DNA from: Acidobacteria bacterium AH-259-G07
GTDB taxonomy: Bacteria; Acidobacteriota; UBA6911; RPQK01; JADFOI01
NCBI GenBank assembly: GCA_027717925.1
Contig: JALLON010000003.1
Span: forward strand, 1-35,745
Length of the DNA stretch: 35,745 bases
Direction: 5' to 3'
The position numbers and the translations under genes were made by a program. The notes below the pieces were generated by a model. It saw nothing but the letters and a program-made list of their open reading frames with translations, had not been told where the DNA came from and made no database searches. Positions 8,232-17,795 of the stretch are shown here, one piece after another (position 1 is the first letter of the stretch; every line of letters begins with the position of its first letter).

Positions 8232-10364
8232 ATGCTAAATCTTTTTCGCTTACTGCCGTGGTCCGTGCTTTCATTGACTCTCGTTTTGCCAGCCAGCGTT
8301 TTTGGCCAAGAAGCGAGCGAAAGCAAAGAAGAAGAGGAAGAGAAGAAAACAGAGATTTCCCCGCAGAGCTACGAGGTGGTGGTTGAGGATAGTGTTTCCT
8401 ATAGGCCCTCCCTGAACACTGTAGTCATGAAGCTTCCCATCCCCCTTCAATCCACACCGGCAAGTGTGGGAGTCGTCACCGCACCACTTTTTCAAAATCA
8501 GGATGCCACCATTTTGGGGGATGCGCTCAGAAACGTGAGTGGTGTGCTGGCTCACACAGGCTTCGGGGTTCACGATTTCTTCACCATTCGGGGATTCGAT
8601 TCACTCTCGGGCGGCTTGGTGCTCACCGATTCCGCCCCGGAACCGGAGGTGACCTTTTACCACTTGTACAACGTGGAACGGATCGAGGTCCTGAAAGGCC
8701 CCAGTGCCTTTCTATACGGTGGTAACCCTCTGTCGGGCAGCGTGAATTTGGTCAGAAAGCAGCCTCTGTTTGAAAATTCCCTCCAGCTTGGTGGAGCTTT
8801 CGGCTATTTCGAAACCTATCGCGGCAGCGTCGATCTGAATCGTGTGAGCTCGGATGGCAGCTTCGCCTTCCGTCTGAATGTGTTCGGGCAGGATTCGGAT
8901 AATTATCGGGACGATAAGGATAACCGGCAGTTTGGCGTCAATCCGGCCTTGACCTGGACCTTAGGAGGCAAAAGTTCTCTTGCGGTGAACTTTGAGTACA
9001 TCAACAGTGACTACAAATCCGATTCTGGTCTGCCCTTGGTCAATAATAATCAGATACCTGATGTGGCCCGCACTCGTTCCTATCAGTCACCTTTTGACTT
9101 TTCCGACCAGGAAATCTACCGGGTGCGACTTGATTTCAACACCGTCGTGAATGATTTCCTGACGCTCAGAAACAAATTCTACTTTACCGATTTGGATTGG
9201 CGTTCGGCCGGGACCCTTTTCAGTGGCGTTTTCCCCAACCAGCAAGGCAGCCTGGACGTCTTCCGTTTCCTTTCCCGGCTGGACGATCGCCAGAAGCTGG
9301 TCGGAAATCAATTTGAAGGGCTCTTTTCCATATCGACGGGCACAGTGAGCCACAATCTGCTGGCTGGATTCGAGTTCAACCGTTTGGGAGATGAGTTCAC
9401 TCTGGATGTCGCTTTCTTACCCCCTATTGATCTCTTTAACCCAGTTGAAAGAGCCACGGAGCCGCTCTTCCCTCTGCCCGGTCAATTGCAGGCGGCAGAT
9501 GCGCGAAGTCTGGTCTTTGCTCCTTACCTGGTCGACCAGATTGCTTTGTCCGAACAGGTGCAGCTGTTTTTGGGAGGGCGGCTGGATGTCATTGATTACG
9601 ATGATAAGGCGACGGCGACCTTGCGCAATGACAGCCAGTTTAGCCCTCTTCTGGGACTCGTTTATGCACCCAACCCCCAGCTTTCGTTTTATGTCAACGG
9701 GGGAAAGGCCTTTGCTCCGCCCTCCACTCTAGTCGTTGGAGAGCGCAAACCGGAAGAAAGCACCCAATATGAGGTTGGTGTCAAAAAGCAATTCCAGGGA
9801 GGTAAGATCGACACCACTCTGGCTTTTTATCACTTGGAAAAGAACAACATCGCAATTCCGGATCAAAGCGGTGTGACCCGGCAGACGGGGGATCAACGCT
9901 CCAGGGGTATTGAACTGGACTTTGCGGGTGAACTCGCCCTTGGCTGGTATGTCTTTGCTTCCTATGCTTTTAATGAAGCCGAGCTGACTGATTTCAGCGA
10001 GCGTATTATCATCAGTTTTAATCCTTTCTCTGCGATCACGCTGGATCGCTCCGGAAATCGTGCCGCTTTCGCACCCAAACACCTGTTCAATTTCTGGACC
10101 GTGAAAGAGTTTCGGAACGGAGTCAGCGTGGGTGGGGGAGGCCGCTATATTAGCGATCAGTTCATTGCTGAAGACAATGCCTTTAAGATTGACGGCGTGT
10201 TCACGCTGGATGCTACCCTGGCTTATCGCTTTAACAATTGGCGGTGGAGCCTGAACTTCAAAAACATCACCGATCGTAAATACGAAACTCGAGGCTTTAG
10301 ATCCACCTCTGTCATTCCAGCAAATCCGTTTGCTTTGTATGCCAGGGTCGAACTGGGAATGTGA
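8232..10364 (+). CDS. TonB-dependent outer-membrane receptor (siderophore-receptor-like)
   Basis: Signal peptide from ATG 8232 (MLNLFRLL...VFG-Q); TonB-box-like YEVVV; plug motifs ALRNVSGV, IRGF, VERIEVLKGPSAFLYG, GSVNLVRK; barrel motifs YEVGVK, RSRGIEL, LNFKNITD. Confidence 0.92.
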   Translation: MLNLFRLLPWSVLSLTLVLPASVFGQEASESKEEEEEKKTEISPQSYEVVVEDSVSYRPSLNTVVMKLPIPLQSTPASVGVVTAPLFQNQDATILGDALRNVSGVLAHTGFGVHDFFTIRGFDSLSGGLVLTDSAPEPEVTFYHLYNVERIEVLKGPSAFLYGGNPLSGSVNLVRKQPLFENSLQLGGAFGYFETYRGSVDLNRVSSDGSFAFRLNVFGQDSDNYRDDKDNRQFGVNPALTWTLGGKSSLAVNFEYINSDYKSDSGLPLVNNNQIPDVARTRSYQSPFDFSDQEIYRVRLDFNTVVNDFLTLRNKFYFTDLDWRSAGTLFSGVFPNQQGSLDVFRFLSRLDDRQKLVGNQFEGLFSISTGTVSHNLLAGFEFNRLGDEFTLDVAFLPPIDLFNPVERATEPLFPLPGQLQAADARSLVFAPYLVDQIALSEQVQLFLGGRLDVIDYDDKATATLRNDSQFSPLLGLVYAPNPQLSFYVNGGKAFAPPSTLVVGERKPEESTQYEVGVKKQFQGGKIDTTLAFYHLEKNNIAIPDQSGVTRQTGDQRSRGIELDFAGELALGWYVFASYAFNEAELTDFSERIIISFNPFSAITLDRSGNRAAFAPKHLFNFWTVKEFRNGVSVGGGGRYISDQFIAEDNAFKIDGVFTLDATLAYRFNNWRWSLNFKNITDRKYETRGFRSTSVIPANPFALYARVELGM

Positions 10365-10368
10365 GGAA

Positions 10369-10397
10369 GTGGGGCCGTGTCAAGACACGGCCCCCGC
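10369..10397. repeat. REP-like palindrome (GGCCGTGTC/GACACGGCC type)
   Basis: GGGGCCGTGTC-AA-GACACGGCCCC (10371-10394), perfect 11-bp inverted repeat; same arms as 4067-4100. Confidence 0.75.
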
Positions 10398-10405
10398 ATT
10401 AGAAC

Positions 10406-10633
10406 ATGATGAAAACTTTTCCTCGCTGGATTCTCTACGTAGCAGCGTTTCTCCTCTATGTGCTGCACAATGATCTGTGGTTCTGGAACGATCCTCGATT
10501 AGTGCTGGGCTTGCCGATCGGTCTCCTTTACCATGTTGCATTTTGCCTGGCTGCCTCGGCTTTGATGGTGTTTTTGGTGATCTATGCCTGGCCCGAGAAG
10601 CTCGAGGTTGAAGAAGAGAGAGAAGAGGAATGA
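10406..10633 (+). CDS. Small 2-TM membrane protein (DUF3311-like), symporter accessory subunit
   Basis: Two hydrophobic segments around HNDLWFWNDPRLVLGLP; ATGA overlap with the symporter gene. Confidence 0.75.
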   Translation: MMKTFPRWILYVAAFLLYVLHNDLWFWNDPRLVLGLPIGLLYHVAFCLAASALMVFLVIYAWPEKLEVEEEREEE

Positions 10634-12108
10634 TCACGACAGGGGTCATCTTTGTTTACCTGGTCTTGGTGCTCCTGATTGGGGCCTTTAGTCACAAGTT
10701 GTTTCGGGGCACAGGTGAGGATTATTTTGTCGCCACCAGAACCATCGGCCCCTTCATCCTTCTTATGTCCCTCTTTGGGACCAACATGACTTCCTTTGCC
10801 CTGTTGGGAGCCTCAGGAGAGGCTTATCATCAGGGGATAGGCGTCTTTAGTCTGATGGCTTCGGCCGGTGCCCTGGTAATTCCTTGTGTCTTCTTCTTTG
10901 TTGGACCGCGTGTCTGGTCACTGGGAAAGCGTCACGGTTATCTTACTCAAGTTCAATTGTTCCGCGAACGTTGGGGTTCGGATGGATTTGGTCTGGTCCT
11001 GTTTGTAGTTCTCATCGCTCTCATTATTCCGTACCTGTTAATCGGTATCATGGCCGGAGGGATTACCCTGAATGAAATCACAAATGGCCAGATCCCGGAA
11101 TGGGCTGGTGGACTCACGGTCTGCCTGGTGGTTTTGGCTTATGTTACCTATGGTGGCCTGCGAGGAACGGCTTGGGCCAACACTTTTCAGACTCTGGTCT
11201 TCATGATTCTGGGCGGTGTGACCTTTTACGTCGTGGTGGACCGCTTGGGTGGCTTCTCGGCTGCCCTGGCCCGAGTCGTCAATCAACACCCGGAGTTGCT
11301 CATCCGCGGGGACTCCATCCAACCCTTAAAATTGTTGACCTATACCTTTGTTCTGCTTTCGGTGGGAATGTTTCCCCACATGTTCATGCACTGGCTCTCA
11401 GCCCGCCGGGCGGCAACCTTTCGCTATCCGTTGATGTTTTATCCAGTATGTATTGCCGTGGTTTGGCTCCCCAGCGTGTTGTTGGGAATCCTGGGGAGCG
11501 TGGATTTTCCAGGACTGAAAGGGCCCCAGGCCAACTACATCCTGGTCAAAATGATCGGGCTTCATGCTCCGGAGATCCTGGCGGGCCTTTTGGCAGCGGG
11601 TGTATTGGCAGCCGTCATGTCCTCGCTCGACTCCCAGGTTCTTTCCATCGGAAGCATGTTCACTCAAGACATCGTGAGACATTACGGATTTCACGATCGA
11701 ATGAGCGAAAAACAGCAGGTACTGGTCGGAAGACTCTTTGTCGTGGGTATTCTGGTCGTGACCTATTTGCTCTTTCTCATCTCTAATCGGAGCATCTTCA
11801 GACTGGGGATCTGGTCCTTCAGCGGATTCTCCGCGCTGTTTCCCATAGTCGTTGCAGCGCTGTTTTGGAAGCGAAGCACAAAGTACGGGGCCTTTGCCTC
11901 GGTCTTTAGTGTGGTCGTCTTATGGATCTACTTCTTTCTCCAGGCCGGACGGGCTGAGGATTATACGATCGGCGGTACAGGAGTCATGCCGGTCGCAGTG
12001 ATTTTGGCTGTGTCCACTGCGGCCATGATCCTCTTTTCACTTTTGAGCAAGGCACCCGATCAGGCCGTGATTGAGAAGTTCTTCCCTAGCGGAGGGGGCA
12101 GACCTTGA
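10630..12108 (+). CDS. Sodium:solute symporter (SSS) family protein
   Basis: EDYFVATR, YGGLRGTAWANTFQ, AAVMSSLDSQ, ALFWKRSTKYGA; about 13 hydrophobic segments. Confidence 0.92.
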   Translation: MITTGVIFVYLVLVLLIGAFSHKLFRGTGEDYFVATRTIGPFILLMSLFGTNMTSFALLGASGEAYHQGIGVFSLMASAGALVIPCVFFFVGPRVWSLGKRHGYLTQVQLFRERWGSDGFGLVLFVVLIALIIPYLLIGIMAGGITLNEITNGQIPEWAGGLTVCLVVLAYVTYGGLRGTAWANTFQTLVFMILGGVTFYVVVDRLGGFSAALARVVNQHPELLIRGDSIQPLKLLTYTFVLLSVGMFPHMFMHWLSARRAATFRYPLMFYPVCIAVVWLPSVLLGILGSVDFPGLKGPQANYILVKMIGLHAPEILAGLLAAGVLAAVMSSLDSQVLSIGSMFTQDIVRHYGFHDRMSEKQQVLVGRLFVVGILVVTYLLFLISNRSIFRLGIWSFSGFSALFPIVVAALFWKRSTKYGAFASVFSVVVLWIYFFLQAGRAEDYTIGGTGVMPVAVILAVSTAAMILFSLLSKAPDQAVIEKFFPSGGGRP

Positions 12109-12119
12109 ATTTTTAAATC

Positions 12120-13409
12120 ATGAGAATCGCCTACATCGCCGCTGGAGCCGCCGACATGTACTGCGGCAGTTGTATACACGATAACACGCTAGCGGCCGCA
12201 CTCCAGAAAAAAGGCCACGAGGTGGCTCTCTTGCCCACCTATACACCTCTTCGTACCGACGAGCCGAACGTGAGCATGGACCACATCTTCTATGGGGGAA
12301 TCAATGTTTATCTGCAGCAGAAGTTTGCTCTGTTTCGCCATACCCCCTGGGTTTTGGATTCGTTATTCGATCGACCGATTCTGCTTAACCTGGTCTCGCA
12401 GTTCAGTTCGACAACCAATGCCCGGGATCTGGGAGCCTTGACGGCATCTGTTCTCAAAGGGGAGCGAGGGTATCAGCAAAAGGAGTTGGTCAAATTGGTT
12501 ACCTGGTTGAAAGACTCCGTGCAACCTGAAATTGTCCAGCTCACCAATTCCATGTTCCTTGGCCTCGCCAAACAGATTAAACAAGAGTTGCAGGTCCCCG
12601 TTCTTTGTGCTCTTCAGGGAGAAGATATCTTCATGCAGGATCTTCTTGAGCCGCACAAATCGCAGGTGCTGGAACTCCTTCGAAAACGGGTGCCTGACGT
12701 GGACGGTTTCATCGCCACCAGTGAGTATTACGCCGACTTCATGTCGCAGTATCTCGATATCGCCAGGGAGAAGATCCATGTGGTGAGGTGGGGCCTGAAC
12801 CTGCAAGGTCACGGAAAGCTCCCGAAAAATACCGGCAAGAATTCCTTCGCAATAGGCTACCTGGCCCGCATTTGTCCTGAAAAGGGCCTTCACCTGTTGG
12901 TGGAAGCCTTCCACCGGTTGTGCGAGAGGCCGAACCCTGACCAACTCCAGCTCAAGGTTGCCGGTTACCTCAGCAAGCGAGACAAGCCCTATTTTAATCG
13001 TATTCTCCAGAAAATTTCGCAGTGGGGTCTCGAGGGCCGATTCGACTATTGGGGTGAAGTGGACCGCCGGCAAAAGATCCAGTTTCTCAATACTCTTCAT
13101 GTTCTATCCGTACCGACCACCTATCGGGAACCAAAAGGCTTATACGTTCTGGAGGCACTCGCCAACGGTGTGCCGGTCGTTCAGCCCCGTCACGGGTCCT
13201 TCCCGGAGTTGATCCAAGCGACGGGCGGGGGCGTTCTGGTCAATCCGGACTCGGCAGGCGCTCTGGTCGAAGGAATTCAGTCGTTAGTTGAGGATTCTGA
13301 ACACCGAGACAGGCTTGCCCGGCAGGGAAAGGAGGCGGTTCACCGAGCCTTTAGCGACGAGATGATGGCGGAAGCAACTCTAGCCGTTTATCGGCAGTAT
13401 GTACGGTAG
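12120..13409 (+). CDS. Glycosyltransferase family 4 (GT-B)
   Basis: MRIAYI, GHEV, GYLARICPEKGLHLL and EPKGLYVLEALANGVPVV (EX7E motif). Confidence 0.9.
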   Translation: MRIAYIAAGAADMYCGSCIHDNTLAAALQKKGHEVALLPTYTPLRTDEPNVSMDHIFYGGINVYLQQKFALFRHTPWVLDSLFDRPILLNLVSQFSSTTNARDLGALTASVLKGERGYQQKELVKLVTWLKDSVQPEIVQLTNSMFLGLAKQIKQELQVPVLCALQGEDIFMQDLLEPHKSQVLELLRKRVPDVDGFIATSEYYADFMSQYLDIAREKIHVVRWGLNLQGHGKLPKNTGKNSFAIGYLARICPEKGLHLLVEAFHRLCERPNPDQLQLKVAGYLSKRDKPYFNRILQKISQWGLEGRFDYWGEVDRRQKIQFLNTLHVLSVPTTYREPKGLYVLEALANGVPVVQPRHGSFPELIQATGGGVLVNPDSAGALVEGIQSLVEDSEHRDRLARQGKEAVHRAFSDEMMAEATLAVYRQYVR

Positions 13410-13428
13410 GGGCGAGCCACCGGCTAGC
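13406..13428. repeat. Partial GTAG-type REP-like copy supplying the GT4 stop codon
   Basis: GTAGGGGCGAGCC identical to 8127-8139, followed by a degenerate right arm ACCGGCTAGC. Confidence 0.6.
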
Positions 13429-13476
13429 GGGAATGATTGATGATCAGGCCCTAATGAGATAAATTCATTCTAACCA

Positions 13477-14148
13477 GTGTCACTGAAAGTATCCGACCTG
13501 CAAAAGCACTTTGGCAGTGAGCCCCACCGGGTGGAAGTTCTGCGCGGCATTTCTTTCGAACTGGGCCCGGGAGAATCCCTCGCTATCACCGGGCCCTCGG
13601 GTTCAGGGAAGAGTACACTTCTTCACTGCCTGGGAACTTTGTCCCCACCCTCCTCGGGAAGCATCGAAATCGACGGCAAAAATCCCTTTGCCTTACCGGA
13701 GCCTGAGTTGGCTCGATTCCGGAACCGGGTGATTGGTTTTGTCTTCCAGGCCCATCATCTCCTCCCCCAGTATTCTGTCCTCGAAAATGTGCTGATGCCG
13801 GCCTTGGCATTTCCCGACCTGCGTCAGCACACGGAAAAGTGCGCCCTGGAACTGCTAAAAAAAGTGAGTCTGAATAATCGTTTAGGGCATCTTCCCTCAG
13901 AACTCTCTGGAGGTGAGCGTCAGAGGGTGGCTGTGGCCCGTGCTCTCATTAATCGGCCCAACCTGCTGCTTTGCGATGAGCCTACGGGAAACCTCGACCG
14001 CTCTACCGCTCAATCTGTGGCTGCTCTTTTATTTGAGCTCCACCGGGAAGAGAAGAATATTCTAATCGTCGTCACCCACAGTCTTGAGCTGGCCGACCGC
14101 TTTCCGCGGCGTTTTGAGCTGAAGGAGGGAGCGTGCGTCGCAGTCTGA
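13477..14148 (+). CDS. ABC transporter ATP-binding protein, LolD/MacB-type
   Basis: GPSGSGKST, IGFVFQ, LSGGERQRVAVARAL, LLLCDEPTGNLD, VTH. Confidence 0.93.
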   Translation: MSLKVSDLQKHFGSEPHRVEVLRGISFELGPGESLAITGPSGSGKSTLLHCLGTLSPPSSGSIEIDGKNPFALPEPELARFRNRVIGFVFQAHHLLPQYSVLENVLMPALAFPDLRQHTEKCALELLKKVSLNNRLGHLPSELSGGERQRVAVARALINRPNLLLCDEPTGNLDRSTAQSVAALLFELHREEKNILIVVTHSLELADRFPRRFELKEGACVAV

Positions 14149-17100
14149 TCTATTTCTGGCGAATGAATCTGGCGGTGGCCCTGGGAGCCGCCGTAACCAC
14201 GGCGGTGCTGACCGGGGCTCTTCTGGTGGGCGATTCCGTCCGAGGCAGCCTGCGAGATCTCACGCTGGATCGCCTGGGCGGCATCGACTACTCCCTGGTG
14301 CCCCAAAGGTTCTTCCGTGAAGACTTGGCCGTGGACCTGGCCGAGGACACAGCTTTTAGGGATCATTTTAGGGAGGTGGCTCCTGCCATCCTGCTGGGCG
14401 GCAGCGCCACTCACGCTGGTTCGCAAGCCCGAGCCTCAAAGGTCAGTATTCAGGGAATCGACCAGCGTTTTCTGGAAGTTTTTGGACTTGGCCCGGACGG
14501 CCCTCCTATCGATTTCGATTCAGGCGGTGCAAAAAGGGTCTTCCCTCCCGTGGTGATCAACCAATCGCTTCAAAAGGAGCTCGGTGCAAACATCGGTGAT
14601 CCTATTCTAATCTCGTCGAAAAAACCTACCCAGATTCATCCGGAATTCTTGCTCGGCAGTCGAGATCCTTCAGACCTGCTGGAAACAATTCGACTGAGCC
14701 TGGTCCAGGTTATACCGGACCGCGGAGTGGGAAGATTTGGTCTTGATCCTCACCAGAATCTCCCTTTTAATGCGTACCTTCCTCTATCTGTTCTCCAGAA
14801 GGCCCTCCAGCAGGAGGGACGTGTCAATGCCTTGCTGGTAGCCCAAAGTTCCGGGTCCACCCCAGATAGCGGGACGTCGATACTACAGGAAAGCTTGCGC
14901 CGGGTGCTCCAGCTTCAGGATCTGAACTTAAGGCTGCGAGAAGGCCTGGCCTATTTTGCCCTGGAAAGTCGGGAGATGATTATTCCCCCCTTGATTGAAG
15001 AAGCTGCCGCAGCTGCGGCTGTGGACTTGCAGGCACCTTTCCAGCGTATTTTGACCTACCTGGCCAATGGTATGACTGCCCGCGAACGAGCGATTCCCTA
15101 CTCGACCGTTACAGCCATGGATCCTTCGAAGGGTGATGGCTTTGGCTCTCTGGAGCTGACGAACGGTCAGCCTGCAGCTCCCTTGGGGGAAAACGACATT
15201 CTCCTGAACAAGTGGGCTGCCGACGACTTGAGCGTGAAGGAAGGCGATTTGATTGAGCTCAGCTATTACGTGCTGGGTCCCCGGGAGCAGCTCCTTACCC
15301 AAAAGGCCCGATTTCAATTAACAGGGATCGTGGCCCTGAAGAACCTGGGTGTCGATCGGACTCTCACACCCGAGATTCCAGGTGTTCAAGACGCACAGGA
15401 CATGGCAGCGTGGGATCCTCCCGTTCCCATCGCCCTCGATCGGATCCGGCCCAAGGATGAGGCCTACTGGGATGAATTTGGAGCTGCGCCTAAGGCTTTT
15501 GTGGCTTACGCAGCAGGTCTGAATTTGTGGAGCAGTCGCTTTGGGCGTCTGACCTCGATTCGAGTCGGTGCTGCTAAAGACAGCAATCTGGAGTCGACGC
15601 AAGAGCGGTTTCAAAGGGCCTTGCTGGAGCGAATTAGCCCCATGGGGGTTGGTTTTATCTTCCAGCCGGTCAAGGAGCAAGGCTTAAGGGCATCAGCTGG
15701 AGCCACCGATTTCAGCATGCTTTTTATTTCGTTCAGCTTCTTTCTGATCACCTCGGCGGCCCTTTTGGTCGGGCTTCTGTTTCGCTTGGGTGTGGAGCAG
15801 CGGGCTCGCGAGATCGGCCTTTTACTATCCTTGGGTTATCCGCTGAAGTCCGTGCGCCGGCGCTTCTTGGCTGAGGGAGCTCTTGTGGCTGGAGCAGGCT
15901 CGCTCCTGGGTCTGGCGGGTGCTCTCGCCTATGCATGGCTGTTGATCTTTGGCCTGCGAACCTGGTGGTCGGCGGCTGTAGGATCTCCGTTCCTTTCTTT
16001 CTATGTTACTCGACTAAGTCTGATAGTGGGGTATCTGGTTTCGCTGGCCGTTGTCCTCTTTTCCATTTGGTGGGCCCTACGGAAGCTGGCCCAACTGCCA
16101 ACGCCAGTGCTCCTGGGGGGCGGCACCTCCCACCCTGTGCAAGCCCGAGCGCGCCGATGGGTCAGGGTCTTGGCTCTCGCCAGTCTGGGATTGGCGATGG
16201 TTCTCATGCTCATTGCTGTTCTCACACAGGCTACCTCCTCGGTGGGATTATTTTTTGGAATTGGGACAAGCTTATTGCTGGCCGGTCTGTCTTTTTTCTC
16301 TCTCTGGCTGCGAGCCTCTCGCCGCGTTCCCATTCAGCCCCACAGGCTCGCCCTGCCGGTGCAGATTGCCGCCAGGAACAGCGCCTGGAATCCCGGGCGA
16401 AGTTTGCTTAGCACGGCTCTGGTTGCCAGCGCTTGTTTTGTCATTGTCAGCGTGGGGGCCAATCGCCATGAACCGGGCGAAGAACTCCTTCGCCGGGACT
16501 CAGGCGCGGGAGGGTTTTCCTTGCTGGCCCAATCGGACATTTCTGTGCACCAGGACTTGAACGATCCGGAAGGACGCTTTGATTTGGGCTTCTCTGACAG
16601 CGATTCGGAGAAACTGAGCGAAGTTCGGATCATGCCCTTCCGAGTGCTTCCGGGCGAGGACGTCAGCTGTCTGAACCTGTATCAACCTCAAAAGCCCCGC
16701 ATCTTAGGCGTCCCGCCGGAGCAAATCGCTCGAGGAGGGTTCCAGTTTCAACAGCTGTCTAAGGATGTCGAGAATCCATGGACTTTGCTTGAACAAAGCC
16801 TGGAAGCAGGTGTCATTCCTGCTGTCGGCGATGCCAATTCTGTCCTGTGGATCCTGCATCTAGGGCTGGGTAAGGACTTGATTTTGCAAAACGAAAGAGG
16901 CGAAGAGATCAAGCTTCGCCTGGTGGCTCTTCTGCGAAGCAGCATCTTTCAAAGCGAGCTCTTGATCTCCGAGGCTAATTTCTTAAGACACTTTCCCAGT
17001 CAGAGCGGATATTCTTACTTTTTGATCGAAGCGCCGCTGGAAAAAAGACAGGAAATGGCTTCTCTATTGGAAAGCAATCTAAATCGCCATGGGCTGGACG

Positions 17101-17528
17101 CTACCTCCACCGCTGAGGTACTGGCCAGCTATCTGGCGGTCGAAAACACTTATCTGTCCACATTTCAAACATTGGGGGGTCTGGGCCTGCTGTTGGGCAC
17201 ACTGGGGCTGGGGATTGTTCTGGTGAGAAATGTCCTCGAACGCAGGGGTGAGCTGGCCACGCTTCGCGCTTTTGGCTTTCCCCGATCGAAGCTGGCCTGG
17301 ATGGTCCTGGCCGAAAATGGATTTCTGCTGATGCTTGGCCTGGTGCTCGGTACGGCTTCGGCACTGGTTGCCGTGGCGCCTCATTTGGCTGGCGGCGGCG
17401 CTCCAATTCCCTGGCTGTCGCTTTCTCTAACGCTTCTGGCCGTACTTGTGGTGGGCCTGGCAGCCGGTGCCGCCGCCGTCGTCGCGGCACTGCGGGTCCC
17501 TTTGCTTCCAGCCCTCAAGGCAGAGTGA
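14133..17528 (+). CDS. Large FtsX/MacB-type ABC permease (duplicated architecture)
   Basis: Two FtsX-like modules (EQRAREIGLLLSLG; ERRGELATLRAFGF), each preceded by a large periplasmic domain; overlaps the ATPase gene. Confidence 0.9.
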   Translation: MRRSLIYFWRMNLAVALGAAVTTAVLTGALLVGDSVRGSLRDLTLDRLGGIDYSLVPQRFFREDLAVDLAEDTAFRDHFREVAPAILLGGSATHAGSQARASKVSIQGIDQRFLEVFGLGPDGPPIDFDSGGAKRVFPPVVINQSLQKELGANIGDPILISSKKPTQIHPEFLLGSRDPSDLLETIRLSLVQVIPDRGVGRFGLDPHQNLPFNAYLPLSVLQKALQQEGRVNALLVAQSSGSTPDSGTSILQESLRRVLQLQDLNLRLREGLAYFALESREMIIPPLIEEAAAAAAVDLQAPFQRILTYLANGMTARERAIPYSTVTAMDPSKGDGFGSLELTNGQPAAPLGENDILLNKWAADDLSVKEGDLIELSYYVLGPREQLLTQKARFQLTGIVALKNLGVDRTLTPEIPGVQDAQDMAAWDPPVPIALDRIRPKDEAYWDEFGAAPKAFVAYAAGLNLWSSRFGRLTSIRVGAAKDSNLESTQERFQRALLERISPMGVGFIFQPVKEQGLRASAGATDFSMLFISFSFFLITSAALLVGLLFRLGVEQRAREIGLLLSLGYPLKSVRRRFLAEGALVAGAGSLLGLAGALAYAWLLIFGLRTWWSAAVGSPFLSFYVTRLSLIVGYLVSLAVVLFSIWWALRKLAQLPTPVLLGGGTSHPVQARARRWVRVLALASLGLAMVLMLIAVLTQATSSVGLFFGIGTSLLLAGLSFFSLWLRASRRVPIQPHRLALPVQIAARNSAWNPGRSLLSTALVASACFVIVSVGANRHEPGEELLRRDSGAGGFSLLAQSDISVHQDLNDPEGRFDLGFSDSDSEKLSEVRIMPFRVLPGEDVSCLNLYQPQKPRILGVPPEQIARGGFQFQQLSKDVENPWTLLEQSLEAGVIPAVGDANSVLWILHLGLGKDLILQNERGEEIKLRLVALLRSSIFQSELLISEANFLRHFPSQSGYSYFLIEAPLEKRQEMASLLESNLNRHGLDATSTAEVLASYLAVENTYLSTFQTLGGLGLLLGTLGLGIVLVRNVLERRGELATLRAFGFPRSKLAWMVLAENGFLLMLGLVLGTASALVAVAPHLAGGGAPIPWLSLSLTLLAVLVVGLAAGAAAVVAALRVPLLPALKAE

Positions 17529-17570
17529 TTTACGCAGCTTATCCTGGGAGGGCAAGGATCCAGAGCTCAA

Positions 17571-17762
17571 TTGAACATAAAAAACGTTGAATTAAAAATG
17601 CCTTTGGAATTGGTCGAGCAGATACAGCTGGCAACCTATGCTAGGATTGCAGGGACATTTGAGGAGACACTGATCTATCTTGTCAGAAAAGGTCTATCTG
17701 CGGTTGCGCCGACTATCAAGCAAGGAGTCATGGATCAGTTGAATAGGTTAAACAGTTTGTGA
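17571..17762 (+). CDS. Small hypothetical protein, possibly ribbon-helix-helix-like
   Basis: 63-aa ORF (VELKMPLELVEQI... strand-helix-helix pattern) directly upstream of a TA pair in an AT-richer patch. Confidence 0.3.
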   Translation: MNIKNVELKMPLELVEQIQLATYARIAGTFEETLIYLVRKGLSAVAPTIKQGVMDQLNRLNSL

Positions 17763-17795
17763 AGATCATGGAGTAAGATGTCCGAGGACAAGACA

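Noticed and set aside
13477-17528. Lipoprotein-release system lolCDE
   Set aside because: A single 1131-aa permease with large insertions does not match LolC/E size; only the family level is supported
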